Assembly (NCBI GenBank): GCA_022820825.1
Contig: JAJEEU010000101.1
Coordinates: 38,682-102,681 of the forward strand
Direction: 5' to 3'
DNA from: Vicinamibacteria bacterium
GTDB taxonomy: Bacteria > Acidobacteriota > Vicinamibacteria > Vicinamibacterales > UBA8438
DNA: 64,000 nt
Below the pieces are notes generated by a model. The model was given only the letters and a program-made list of their open reading frames with translations, did no database searches and was not told the origin of the DNA. This document shows, piece by piece, positions 48,147 to 56,373 of this stretch. Position 1 is the stretch's first letter; every line of letters begins with the position of its first letter. The translations under genes were made by a program, and so were the position numbers.

Positions 48147-49072
48147 TAATCCGCGGGACTGATCGCGGGCGGGTCGAGCGCGGCGCCGTGCTCGGACACC
48201 CAGTCGGCCAGCCTGCGGACCTCCCCGAAACGGCGCGCGTTCGACCCTGCGCCCAGGACCACAATGGACAGCGGGTCGCGGTCCGGCAGCTTCACGACCG
48301 TGGCCAGACAGTAGCCGGAGGCATTGATGTAGCCGGTCTTGCCGCCGTGGATGAGGAGCCGGCCGCGCAGCAGATCGTTGGTGCTGCGCACCCTCAGGCG
48401 GCGGCGGCTGGTCTCCAGGTTGTGCGACCGCTTGCGCATGATCGTCGAAATGACGGGCCGCCGGGTCGCCTCCGCGATCAACCGCGATACGTCGTAGGCC
48501 GTCGACACGTTGCCGCTGTCGAGTCCGGACGGCTCGGTGAACGCGGTGCCGCGAAGTCCCATCGCGGCTGCCGTGGCATTCATCTGCTCGACGAACCCGC
48601 GGGTGCCCCACGGCGACACCCGCGCCAGGAGGCGGGCGGCGGTGTTGTCCGAGGCCACCAGGGCCAGGTGCAGGACGTCGTACAGCGCTACCCGCTCTCC
48701 CCGCCGCAAATAGGTGGTCGACGCGCGGCGCACGTCGCGGCGGGACACCACGACGTCGGCATCCAGGTCGGGCTGCTGCTCCAGGAATACGAGCGCCGTC
48801 ATCACCTTCGTGATGCTGGCGATCGGGCGAGGGCTGAGGCTGTTCGACTCCCAGAGGATCTCGTGGCTGGCCGGGTCGTAGACAACGGCCGCCTCCGCGC
48901 GGAGGCGCGGCGCAGGCAACCCGGCGGTGTCCAGCGTGCGCGGGGGATCATGCGCGGGGTCGGGGCCGACAGCGGGTGGCGGGACGGCCGCGGCCCCGCC
49001 GGCGTGCGGGGCAAGGCCGACCGTGCCCGACCACAGCAGCAGGATTCCACAGATCGCGGCGAATCGCGCCAT
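48146..49072 (-). CDS. D-alanyl-D-alanine carboxypeptidase/endopeptidase (peptidase S11, class C PBP)
   Basis: A signal peptide is present, with SITK (SxxK), SDN (SxN) and KTG motifs in the correct order. ATG at 49070-49072; the track ORF is over-extended. Confidence 0.82.
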   Translation of the reverse strand: MARFAAICGILLLWSGTVGLAPHAGGAAAVPPPAVGPDPAHDPPRTLDTAGLPAPRLRAEAAVVYDPASHEILWESNSLSPRPIASITKVMTALVFLEQQPDLDADVVVSRRDVRRASTTYLRRGERVALYDVLHLALVASDNTAARLLARVSPWGTRGFVEQMNATAAAMGLRGTAFTEPSGLDSGNVSTAYDVSRLIAEATRRPVISTIMRKRSHNLETSRRRLRVRSTNDLLRGRLLIHGGKTGYINASGYCLATVVKLPDRDPLSIVVLGAGSNARRFGEVRRLADWVSEHGAALDPPAISPAD

Positions 49073-49074
49073 CG

Positions 49075-50457
49075 CTACTGGAGGTCCGACTGCTCCGGCT
49101 CCAATGGAATCGAGTAGTGCGTGCGGTGGCGCAAGGAAGCGCCGTCGCGGTTCACCTCGATCCGCAGCCGCCGCGTCCGGAACGACTGGTCGGGGTTGCT
49201 CGAGTAGAACCCGAGCACGTAGTAGTCGCTCGTCTCCGCGTCGATCTCCTCGAACGCGTCCTTGAAGTCGTTCCTGTTCACCACGGCCATGCCGCCGGTC
49301 AGCTCGGACAGCAGCCGCAGCGAGTTCTGCGTCTGGAACACGTGGTCGCGCCATTCCCGCAGCGGCACGTCGTAGCCGATGTCCGGCCCCGCCACCAGCC
49401 CGCGGGGATCGATCGTGTAGAACGACGCGTTCGCGCGGTTGGCGGCCAATGCGAGCTGCTTCAGCTCGAGCGCGAGATCGGTGTCCGCAAACACCGTGCC
49501 CTGACGCTCGTTGACGTTGAACATGTCGATGTCGCGATCGGTGATGCCCCGGTAGAAGGAATCGTTGGCACCGCCCGCCGCTCCCTGGATATCGGCCATC
49601 GCCCGACCGACCGGGCTGTTGCGGAACCGCTCGTACTCGAACGGGTTGAAGTCGTAGCCGCTGCTCAGGTAGATGAACGCCTTGCGCCGGTTCTCGACCT
49701 CTTCGAGGTTGCGGACGATGTCGCGAGCCAGCTTGAACGCCTTGTGCGTCCGCCACCGCAACTCCGAAGGACCTCCGGGGCCGCCCGCGAGCTGCTGGAT
49801 CATCTCCTGGTTGGAGAAGCCGTCGCCCGTGATCTTGCTCATCGCCGAGTACAGCAGCGACCGGTCATAGGTCATCTGCACGTTGATGGCCGACGGGCCG
49901 CTCGACACGATGCCGAACAGGTCTCCCTCGTGGATCAACGTCTCCGCCAGGGTCTCGAACACCTGGCGCACCTTCGGCGTCAGGCTCGTCTGCAGGTGCA
50001 GATCGTCGATGAACAGGATGAAGATGCGGCCGGCGGTATCGTTGACCGGACGGGACGGCGGCAGCACGATCCCTTCCTGCACCGGCGCCGGCGGCAGCAA
50101 CTGGTTGTACACGCGGCCGCCGTGGACGAGCACCAGCGAAGCGATTTCCTGCGGCTGGTCGTCCTCGAAGACCGCAATTTCATCCAGGGTCAGATCCGGG
50201 ATGAACTGCCCGTTCTCGTCGCGGGCAATGACGTCCGTCGTCACGAGGGTGACGCCGGACCGGAAGATGGGCGTGTCGACGGCAGGACTGATCCTGCCGA
50301 CGTCCTCCGGGGTCGGCCCCTGCGGCGGCGGAGGCGCCGGCCGGTCGGCCGGACCCTGCGCCCCGACGCCGGCGACGCCGCTCACGACGAGCGCGAGCGC
50401 CGCAACCGCCCCAGCCCACAGCACCGTCACTCTGCCGAAGCGGCTGGCTGTACGCAT
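49075..50457 (-). CDS. VWFA-related Acidobacteria-type secreted protein
   Basis: A signal peptide is present. PIFRSGVTLVTTDVIARDENGQFIPDLTLDEIAVFEDDQPQEI and FILFIDDLHL follow the pattern of the VWFA-related Acidobacterial domain family. Confidence 0.78.
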   Translation of the reverse strand: MRTASRFGRVTVLWAGAVAALALVVSGVAGVGAQGPADRPAPPPPQGPTPEDVGRISPAVDTPIFRSGVTLVTTDVIARDENGQFIPDLTLDEIAVFEDDQPQEIASLVLVHGGRVYNQLLPPAPVQEGIVLPPSRPVNDTAGRIFILFIDDLHLQTSLTPKVRQVFETLAETLIHEGDLFGIVSSGPSAINVQMTYDRSLLYSAMSKITGDGFSNQEMIQQLAGGPGGPSELRWRTHKAFKLARDIVRNLEEVENRRKAFIYLSSGYDFNPFEYERFRNSPVGRAMADIQGAAGGANDSFYRGITDRDIDMFNVNERQGTVFADTDLALELKQLALAANRANASFYTIDPRGLVAGPDIGYDVPLREWRDHVFQTQNSLRLLSELTGGMAVVNRNDFKDAFEEIDAETSDYYVLGFYSSNPDQSFRTRRLRIEVNRDGASLRHRTHYSIPLEPEQSDLQ

Positions 50458-50468
50458 GATAGCTCTGC

Positions 50469-50497
50469 ATTATATGCAAACAGGCCGCGCGCTACAA
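50469..50497 (-). promoter_or_regulatory. sigma70-like promoter for the VWFA gene (near-leaderless)
   Basis: On the minus strand: TTGTAG (50497-50492), 17-nt spacer, TATAAT (50474-50469). Only 11 nt separate the -10 box from the ATG at 50457. Confidence 0.5.
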
Positions 50498-51502
50498 CGC
50501 CCGCCGCAGGAACCGGATCAGCGTGTACCCGTCGAGCCAGCTGAACGGCGCGACGCCCGTGCTGTAGTGGCCGCACGGCAGCACGGCCACCTGCGGATCG
50601 AGTCCGGCGCGGTGAAATTCCCCGACAAGCTGCCGTGACAGCCTCACCGGGAACGAGAGGTCGTAGCGCGCATAGACGAGCAGCGTGCGGGTGCCGCGCA
50701 TCCGCCCGACGAACGGAGCAGGACTGATGGGCATCCAGAGCGCCCGCAGCCGCTCCAGATCGATCGCGCCGTCGAGTCCGGCGCGGACGTGCGCCGTCGA
50801 CAGGCCTTCCCACACCACGTCCGCAAAGTACACGGAAACGTGGTTGAGCGCCGCCGCGACCAGGCGCTTCTCGTGCGCCGCGGTCAGCAGCGCGAGGCAG
50901 GATCCGAGACTCGTACCGAGAATGCCGATACGTTCGTACCCCTGCGACTCCAGCCAGTCGACCGCGCGCCGGGCGTCCAGCACCGCCTGGCGGCAGACCT
51001 GCGCCGTACGGCCGACGTTGGCGCTCACGATGTAGTCGGCGCGGTGCAGCTCCGGCGGCATCCGCGCATCGTGGTACGGCAGGCTGAGCCGCAGGGCGCT
51101 GATGCCGAAGCGCGCGAGCAGCCGCGCCAGCGCCACGTGGTCCCCGGGGCCGGCATTCCACTGCGGCAGCACGACGACCGCACGGCGCCGCCCGCCGGAA
51201 ACATCCTCCGCCGGAAAATACCGCGCATGCACGGTGTTGTTTTCCTCGTGCGGAGTCTCGAATGCGCTGGGAAACGTCAGATGCCGGCCGTCGAGGCGGA
51301 ACTCGCCGGTCCGCGGCACGGCGTAGAACCGGTCGCTGTCGGTCATCACCGCGGCGGCCCAGGCACGCAGCGCCTCGCCGGGCGGCAGCGCGCGGTCGGC
51401 CTCGGGCACCCAGTCGACGCCCCACTCGAACGGCCGCACCACCCGGTCGACGGTGCGCGCCGCCAGGCGTCGCTCCCAGTTGTGAAAGAGGCGGGTGAGC
51501 AC
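50492..51502 (-). CDS. alpha/beta hydrolase
   Basis: GILGTSLGSC (GxSxG nucleophile elbow) and a C-terminal His region are present. The start is uncertain: GTG 51502 was chosen because the track start at 51622 would overlap the divergent rhodanese gene. Confidence 0.65.
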   Translation of the reverse strand: MLTRLFHNWERRLAARTVDRVVRPFEWGVDWVPEADRALPPGEALRAWAAAVMTDSDRFYAVPRTGEFRLDGRHLTFPSAFETPHEENNTVHARYFPAEDVSGGRRRAVVVLPQWNAGPGDHVALARLLARFGISALRLSLPYHDARMPPELHRADYIVSANVGRTAQVCRQAVLDARRAVDWLESQGYERIGILGTSLGSCLALLTAAHEKRLVAAALNHVSVYFADVVWEGLSTAHVRAGLDGAIDLERLRALWMPISPAPFVGRMRGTRTLLVYARYDLSFPVRLSRQLVGEFHRAGLDPQVAVLPCGHYSTGVAPFSWLDGYTLIRFLRRAL

Positions 51503-51537
51503 GGCGGGACCAATGCTGAATGCTACTATTCCGGCCC

Positions 51538-51984
51538 ATGAGCGTGAAACACGTGGACGTGAGGCAGGCGCACGCGCTGCAGTCGGACGAGGGCTACACC
51601 TACGTCGACGTGCGGTCGACACCGGAATACGACCAGGGACATCCGGCGGGCGCCCACAACGTGCCGCTGCTGCACCTGGACCCGGCGACGCGGCAGATGG
51701 TACCCAACCCCGATTTCCTGGCCGTCATGCAGGCGAGCCATGCGCCGGACGCGAAGCTGCTGATCGGCTGCCAGATGGGCGGCCGCTCGGCGCGCGCCGC
51801 GGATATCCTGGCTGCGGCCGGTTACACCGACGTCTCCAACGTCGCCGGCGGCTTCGGCGGCGCCCGCAACCGCATGACGGGCGAGGTGATGAACGAGGGC
51901 TGGGCCGACGCCGGGCTGCCGGTGGAAGCCTCCGCGACGCCGGGCGGCAGCTACGCCGAGCTGCGCCAGCGCGCCGACAAGTAG
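51538..51984 (+). CDS. rhodanese-domain sulfurtransferase
   Basis: YVDVRSTPEYDQGHPAGAHNVP and the active-site loop CQMGGRSARAA are present. ATG at 51538 is preceded by TACTAT 8 nt upstream; ATG at 51520 is an alternative start. Confidence 0.85.
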   Translation: MSVKHVDVRQAHALQSDEGYTYVDVRSTPEYDQGHPAGAHNVPLLHLDPATRQMVPNPDFLAVMQASHAPDAKLLIGCQMGGRSARAADILAAAGYTDVSNVAGGFGGARNRMTGEVMNEGWADAGLPVEASATPGGSYAELRQRADK

Positions 51985-51989
51985 CCGGG

Positions 51990-53306
51990 CTATCCGCGAA
52001 CCGCCGCTTCCAGCCCCGCCGCCAGGGCCAGCAGCTCGACGGTCCGGCCGCGGCGGCCCACGAGCTGGATGCCGGCGGGCAGCCCCCCGGCCGTGCCGCA
52101 CGGCAGCGACACGGCCGGATGCCCCGTCACGTCGAACAACTGGGTAAGCCGCAGCATGAGCGGACGGACCGTTTCGGCGTCGGCGCCGAGGCGCGGCGGC
52201 ACGATGGGCAGGGTCGGCAACAGCAACGCCGCGCGGCCTTCGAGCGCCGCGTCCACCTCGACCGCCAGCCGCCGCCGCGCCTGCTGCGCCCGAACGTAAT
52301 CCACGGCCGGAATCTCGCGCCCCATCTCGAGGCGCTGCCGCACCCGCGCGCTGAAGTCGTCCGGACGGGTGTCGAGCGCCTCCCGGTGGCACGCCGCCGC
52401 TTCCGGCAACTGCGTTCCGCGGTATACCGCGGGCGTCTCGCCCGCGTGCGGAATCTCGACGTCCTCCACGCCACAACCGTCCGCCTCGAGCCGCGCGACG
52501 CAGTCCGCGAACGCGGTGTGCACGGCCGGCTCGACCATCTCCAGCAGGTAGCCGCGCGGCACGCCCAGCCGCGCGCCGCGCACCGCCGCCGGCAGGACCT
52601 CGTCGCCCCGCCCGCCGGTCAGCACATGATGCAACGTGGCGGCATCGCGCACGGAGCGGGCCAGCGGACCCGCGTGGTCGAGCGACGGCGCGAGCGGCAC
52701 GACCCCCTCCAGGCTCACCTCGCCATGGGTGGGCTTGAGTCCCACCAGACCGCACGCGGACGCGGGAATGCGGATGGAGCCGCCCGTGTCCGTACCGACC
52801 GAGGCGACCGCCATGCCGGCCGCTACCGAGGCCGCCGAACCGCCGCTCGAGCCGCCCGGGGTGCGGTCCGGCGCGTGCGGGTTGCGCGTCGGACCGTACG
52901 CCGACTCCTCGCCGGTGGTCCCCAGCCCGAGCTCGTGCAGGTTGCACTTGCCCACGAAGACGGCGCCGGCCCCGCGCAGGCGCGCGACCAGGGGCGAGTC
53001 GGCCTCCGCGCGGTGGTCCCGCCGGACGCGCGACGCTGCCGTGGTCGGCCCGCCGGCCACATCGATCAGGTCCTTCAACGAGATCGGCATGCCGTGCAGC
53101 GGGCCGCGGTCGCGGCCCGCCGCCAGCTCCGCGTCCGCGGTGCGGGCCTGCCGGCGTGCGTCCTCGGCCAGCAGCGTGATGAACGCGTTGAGCGCCGGGT
53201 CGCACTCCTCGACTGCCGCCAGACACTCCTCCAGGAGCTGCACCGCCGTGAGGCGCCCGCGCCGCAGCGCGGTTCCGAGCGTGGCGATGGTGGCGTCCGC
53301 CAGCAT
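51990..53306 (-). CDS. amidase (amidase-signature family, GatA-like)
   Basis: GMPISLKD, GGSSGGSAASVAAG and GTDTGGSIRIPA are amidase-signature motifs. ATG at 53304-53306. Confidence 0.88.
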   Translation of the reverse strand: MLADATIATLGTALRRGRLTAVQLLEECLAAVEECDPALNAFITLLAEDARRQARTADAELAAGRDRGPLHGMPISLKDLIDVAGGPTTAASRVRRDHRAEADSPLVARLRGAGAVFVGKCNLHELGLGTTGEESAYGPTRNPHAPDRTPGGSSGGSAASVAAGMAVASVGTDTGGSIRIPASACGLVGLKPTHGEVSLEGVVPLAPSLDHAGPLARSVRDAATLHHVLTGGRGDEVLPAAVRGARLGVPRGYLLEMVEPAVHTAFADCVARLEADGCGVEDVEIPHAGETPAVYRGTQLPEAAACHREALDTRPDDFSARVRQRLEMGREIPAVDYVRAQQARRRLAVEVDAALEGRAALLLPTLPIVPPRLGADAETVRPLMLRLTQLFDVTGHPAVSLPCGTAGGLPAGIQLVGRRGRTVELLALAAGLEAAVRG

Positions 53307-53317
53307 GGACCGTGCCG

Positions 53318-54481
53318 TCAGTACAGCAGGTAGCGGCGCCTGATCGGCTCGAACGCCGCGACTGCCGGCTCCCAACCGGCGGCGATGTCGGCTGCAGCGC
53401 GGCCCGCGTCGAGGGAGCGTCGCAGCGCTTCCGAACCGGAGAGGATGTCCATGGGCATGCGCTCCTGCTCGTATTCGTAGGGAGGCTCGCGCCAGGCGAA
53501 GGCATCCGGCGCGGCCGCCCGGCAGGCGCGGATCACCGCCGTGGCGGTCAGCACCGGCCGGAACGCGCGGCGGTCCGTGACGTGGATCTGGCAGCCGCCG
53601 CATGTCCTGCCGGCATGCTTCTGGAACGTCGGCTCGAAACCTGCCGGCCGGAAGTGCACGCCCGGCAGGTCCAGCGCGTTCAGCGCGCCGGCCAGCGCCT
53701 CGGGATCGATCCCCGGCGCGCCCGCCAGCTCGAAGGGACGCGTCGTGCCGCGGCCCTCGGACAGCGTCGTCCCCTCCAGCAGCACCATGCCGGGATAGAC
53801 GAGCGCGCTGTCGAGCGTGGGGAGGTTGGGCGACGGCATGACCCACGGCGCGCATGCCTCGTCCTGGTAGTGCGCCCGCGTCCAGCCGCGCAACTCGCAT
53901 ACCTCCAGCTCGGCGCCGATGCCGAACTCCTCGTTGAAGAGCCGCGCCAGCTCCCCGATCGTCATCCCGTGCCGCAGCGGAATCGGGAACTGTCCCACGA
54001 ACGAGGCGAACGCGGGGTCGAGCACGGGCCCCTCGACCGTCTCGCCGCCGATCGGGTTCGGACGGTCGCAGACGACCACGCGTACGCCGTGGCTGCGCGC
54101 CGCGCGCAGGCAGTTGGCCATCGTATAGACATACGTGTAGACCCGCGTGCCGACGTCCTGGAGGTCGATGACGAGCAGGTCGAGGCCGTCGAGCATGGCC
54201 GCCGTCGGTTCCCGCGTGTCGCTGTACAGCGAGTAGAGCGGCACGCCGAGCCGCGGATGCCGCGCGTGCGGCGTCTCCACCATGTTGTCCTGGACGTCGG
54301 CATGGAACCCGTGCTGCGGCCCGAACAGCGCCGCCAGGGTGCCCCCCGGCAACCCGGCGATACGGTCCGCCACATGCCTGAAGGCGCGGTCGACCGACGC
54401 GGGATTGGAGACCAGGCCGATCCGCGCCCCGTCGAGCAGTCCGGATTCGAGCAGGCGTTCGGAACCGAGGGTTACGGCCAC
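53318..54481 (-). CDS. DUF1343 family protein (NamZ-like exo-beta-N-acetylmuramidase family)
   Basis: IGLVSNPASV...LFGPQHGF...LYSLYSDTREP...LVIDLQDVGTRVYTY...DRPNPIGG matches the DUF1343 pattern. GTG at 54479-54481 lies 2 nt after the dam stop, giving 387 aa. Confidence 0.85.
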   Translation of the reverse strand: MAVTLGSERLLESGLLDGARIGLVSNPASVDRAFRHVADRIAGLPGGTLAALFGPQHGFHADVQDNMVETPHARHPRLGVPLYSLYSDTREPTAAMLDGLDLLVIDLQDVGTRVYTYVYTMANCLRAARSHGVRVVVCDRPNPIGGETVEGPVLDPAFASFVGQFPIPLRHGMTIGELARLFNEEFGIGAELEVCELRGWTRAHYQDEACAPWVMPSPNLPTLDSALVYPGMVLLEGTTLSEGRGTTRPFELAGAPGIDPEALAGALNALDLPGVHFRPAGFEPTFQKHAGRTCGGCQIHVTDRRAFRPVLTATAVIRACRAAAPDAFAWREPPYEYEQERMPMDILSGSEALRRSLDAGRAAADIAAGWEPAVAAFEPIRRRYLLY

Positions 54482-54483
54482 GG

Positions 54484-55407
54484 TCAGGCTGCCCGCTCCG
54501 GCATGTTCGTAATCGCGTACTCCATGATCGCGCCCCGGCGCGCCGCTGCAGAGTTGATGGCCCTGCGGGCCGCGACCTTGTGGGCGCGGATGCCGACGCG
54601 CAGGGCCTCCCGATTCTCGTCGTACAACTCCGTGACTTCCGGCGCCGTCGAATTGCTGAGCAAGACGTGACACCCGCGCTCCGCAAGCTCGACGACGACC
54701 TGCTGGAGCTGCCGCTGATCGGCGCTGGTGAAGCCGCCCGCGGTGTACGACGTGAAGCGGGCCGTCGCGCTGAGAGGGGCGTACGGCGGATCGAAGTAGA
54801 TGAAGTCGCCGCGGCCGGCGGAATGCAGCACCTGCCGGTACGGCTGGTAGTCGATCTCCACCGCCAGGTCCGACAACGTCGCCGCCACCCTGCCGAGGTT
54901 GTCCGCGTCGCATATGCGCGGATTCACGTAACGCCCCCGCGGAACGTTGAACATGCCCCTGGAATTCAACCTGAACAACCCGTTGTAGCCGGTGCGGTTC
55001 AGGTAGATGAGCATCGCGGCGAGGTCCGGTGTGTACGCATCGGCCCTGCGCGGGATGCAACTGCGCGCGGGGTTGAACTCTTCGTCGCGGACGCGGTAGT
55101 AGTGCTCGGCGGGCGCCGCGTTGTAGCCGGACTCGAGCGCGCGCAGGCGCTCCATCACGGCCTCCGGCGCGTCGCGCACCTGCAGCCAGCACCCGATCAG
55201 GTCGGCGTTGACATCCGTCAGGCGGACCCTGCGCCCGCGGAGCCGGCCGGCGGCGGCCAGGTCGAAGAAGACAGCGCCGCTGCCCAGGAACGGCTCGTGG
55301 TAGGCGCCGAACCTCTCCGGGTAGAAGCGGCGCAACTGCGGCAGGAGCTGGCGCTTGCCGCCGGCCCACTTCAGGAACGGGCGCGCCGCGTTACGCGCTG
55401 TCGTCAT
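54484..55407 (-). CDS. dam: DNA adenine methyltransferase (D12 class, Dam-like), no adjacent restriction gene
   Basis: PFLKWAGGKRQLLPQL, EPFLGSGAVFFD (SAM motif) and the catalytic YFDPPY are present. ATG at 55405-55407 (or 55420-55422) overlaps the upstream ORF by 17 nt. Confidence 0.88.
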   Translation of the reverse strand: MTTARNAARPFLKWAGGKRQLLPQLRRFYPERFGAYHEPFLGSGAVFFDLAAAGRLRGRRVRLTDVNADLIGCWLQVRDAPEAVMERLRALESGYNAAPAEHYYRVRDEEFNPARSCIPRRADAYTPDLAAMLIYLNRTGYNGLFRLNSRGMFNVPRGRYVNPRICDADNLGRVAATLSDLAVEIDYQPYRQVLHSAGRGDFIYFDPPYAPLSATARFTSYTAGGFTSADQRQLQQVVVELAERGCHVLLSNSTAPEVTELYDENREALRVGIRAHKVAARRAINSAAARRGAIMEYAITNMPERAA

Positions 55408-56176
55408 CGGCCGGGTCTGCATCCCCGGGCGGCGGATCGTCCTCGTCGCCTCCCGCATCGCTCCCGGCGGGAGGCCCGTCGAGCAGGGCTCTGATGGCGT
55501 CGGATTCCGCCTCGAACCGCTCGATGCCGTGAACGGCGTCCTCCATGGTTTCCCAGCCGTCCGGATTGAGCGCCCCGGCGCGCGCCAGCGCCGCATCGCG
55601 CGTACCGGCATCGACGTCCCGCTCGGCGATACCGGCCTGTACCTCCGTGTACAACGCCCTGAGCCGTGCGAGCATCTCCTCGCCCATCAGGGCCACGACG
55701 GGATGCTCCCACGGCTCGTCCCGGCCGCGGCCGACATCCGCCTCCGGCTCGGCCTCGGCGAACGCGGTTGCGTCCGTCTCCGGGGGGGCATGGGTCTCCG
55801 CTTCCGCGGCAGCGGGCGCCTCCGGGTCCCTTGCGGTGGGAACCGCAGGCTCGGCGGAGGCCGCTTCCCTCTCCGGCGCCGAAGCTGCCGGCGGCTTCTT
55901 CCTGGCCGCCCGCTGCCGGCCGCGGCGGTTCTCCGGCGGGCGCGGCGCGGGCCGCTCCTTGAGCATCTCGCCCCAGTCGAACTCCAGGCCCGGATTGCTC
56001 GCCTCGATGGCTCGAACCGCCTCGTCGTCGAGCGGGTGCCGGCCCACCCGGGCGCCGGGCGGCGTGCGGAACCAGTACAGCAGCCGCGGCTCCGGGCCGC
56101 GCTTGCCGCGGAAGGTGTGCAGGACGTAGGTGTTTTCGTAGCCGCGCTTGTCGCGCGAATACCTCAGATACGGCAT
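55391..56176 (-). CDS. hypothetical protein (basic N-domain, acidic Pro/Ala/Glu-rich centre and tail)
   Basis: ATG at 56174-56176 (MPYLRYSRDKRGYENTYVLHTFRGKRG...). It is in frame to a TAA at 55391 that lies inside dam. I recognise no family. The track ORF's extra N-terminus is repeat A5. Confidence 0.6.
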   Translation of the reverse strand: MPYLRYSRDKRGYENTYVLHTFRGKRGPEPRLLYWFRTPPGARVGRHPLDDEAVRAIEASNPGLEFDWGEMLKERPAPRPPENRRGRQRAARKKPPAASAPEREAASAEPAVPTARDPEAPAAAEAETHAPPETDATAFAEAEPEADVGRGRDEPWEHPVVALMGEEMLARLRALYTEVQAGIAERDVDAGTRDAALARAGALNPDGWETMEDAVHGIERFEAESDAIRALLDGPPAGSDAGGDEDDPPPGDADPADDDSA

Positions 56177-56232
56177 CCGACTTGAAAGTATATGGGCGAG
56201 GCGGCGAAGTGGCGAAATGGTGAAGTACGGAA

Positions 56233-56354
56233 GGGGACGGCGAGCAGCGAGCGGCCGTCCCCAAGCCGCGCACAGCGCGGCCCGGCGGCAGCGGCGCGGG
56301 GCTATGGGGTCCCCGCTAGCAGCCGCCGGGGGTTTGGGGCGAAGCCCCAAGTAA
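56233..56354 (-). repeat. family A structured intergenic repeat, copy A5 (inverted orientation)
   Basis: Its reverse complement aligns with A1 along its whole length (about 90% by eye), including GGGGACGGC...GCCGTCCCC. It lies in the divergent region between the hypothetical gene and hemE. Confidence 0.85.
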
Positions 56355-56373
56355 CAGATGTACTATAGGTCGA

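Noticed and set aside
53318-56176. A restriction-modification system built around the Dam-like methyltransferase.
   Set aside because: The downstream neighbour has clear DUF1343/NamZ-type motifs. The upstream ORF shows no nuclease motifs that I can see. No specificity or helicase subunits are present, so the methylase is treated as an orphan.
10066-56354. Whether the repeated hairpin elements (families A and B) could be a CRISPR array or tandem repeat locus.
   Set aside because: The copies lie kilobases apart, are not regularly spaced, occur in both orientations and are much longer (92-160 bp) than CRISPR repeats. No cas genes are present.
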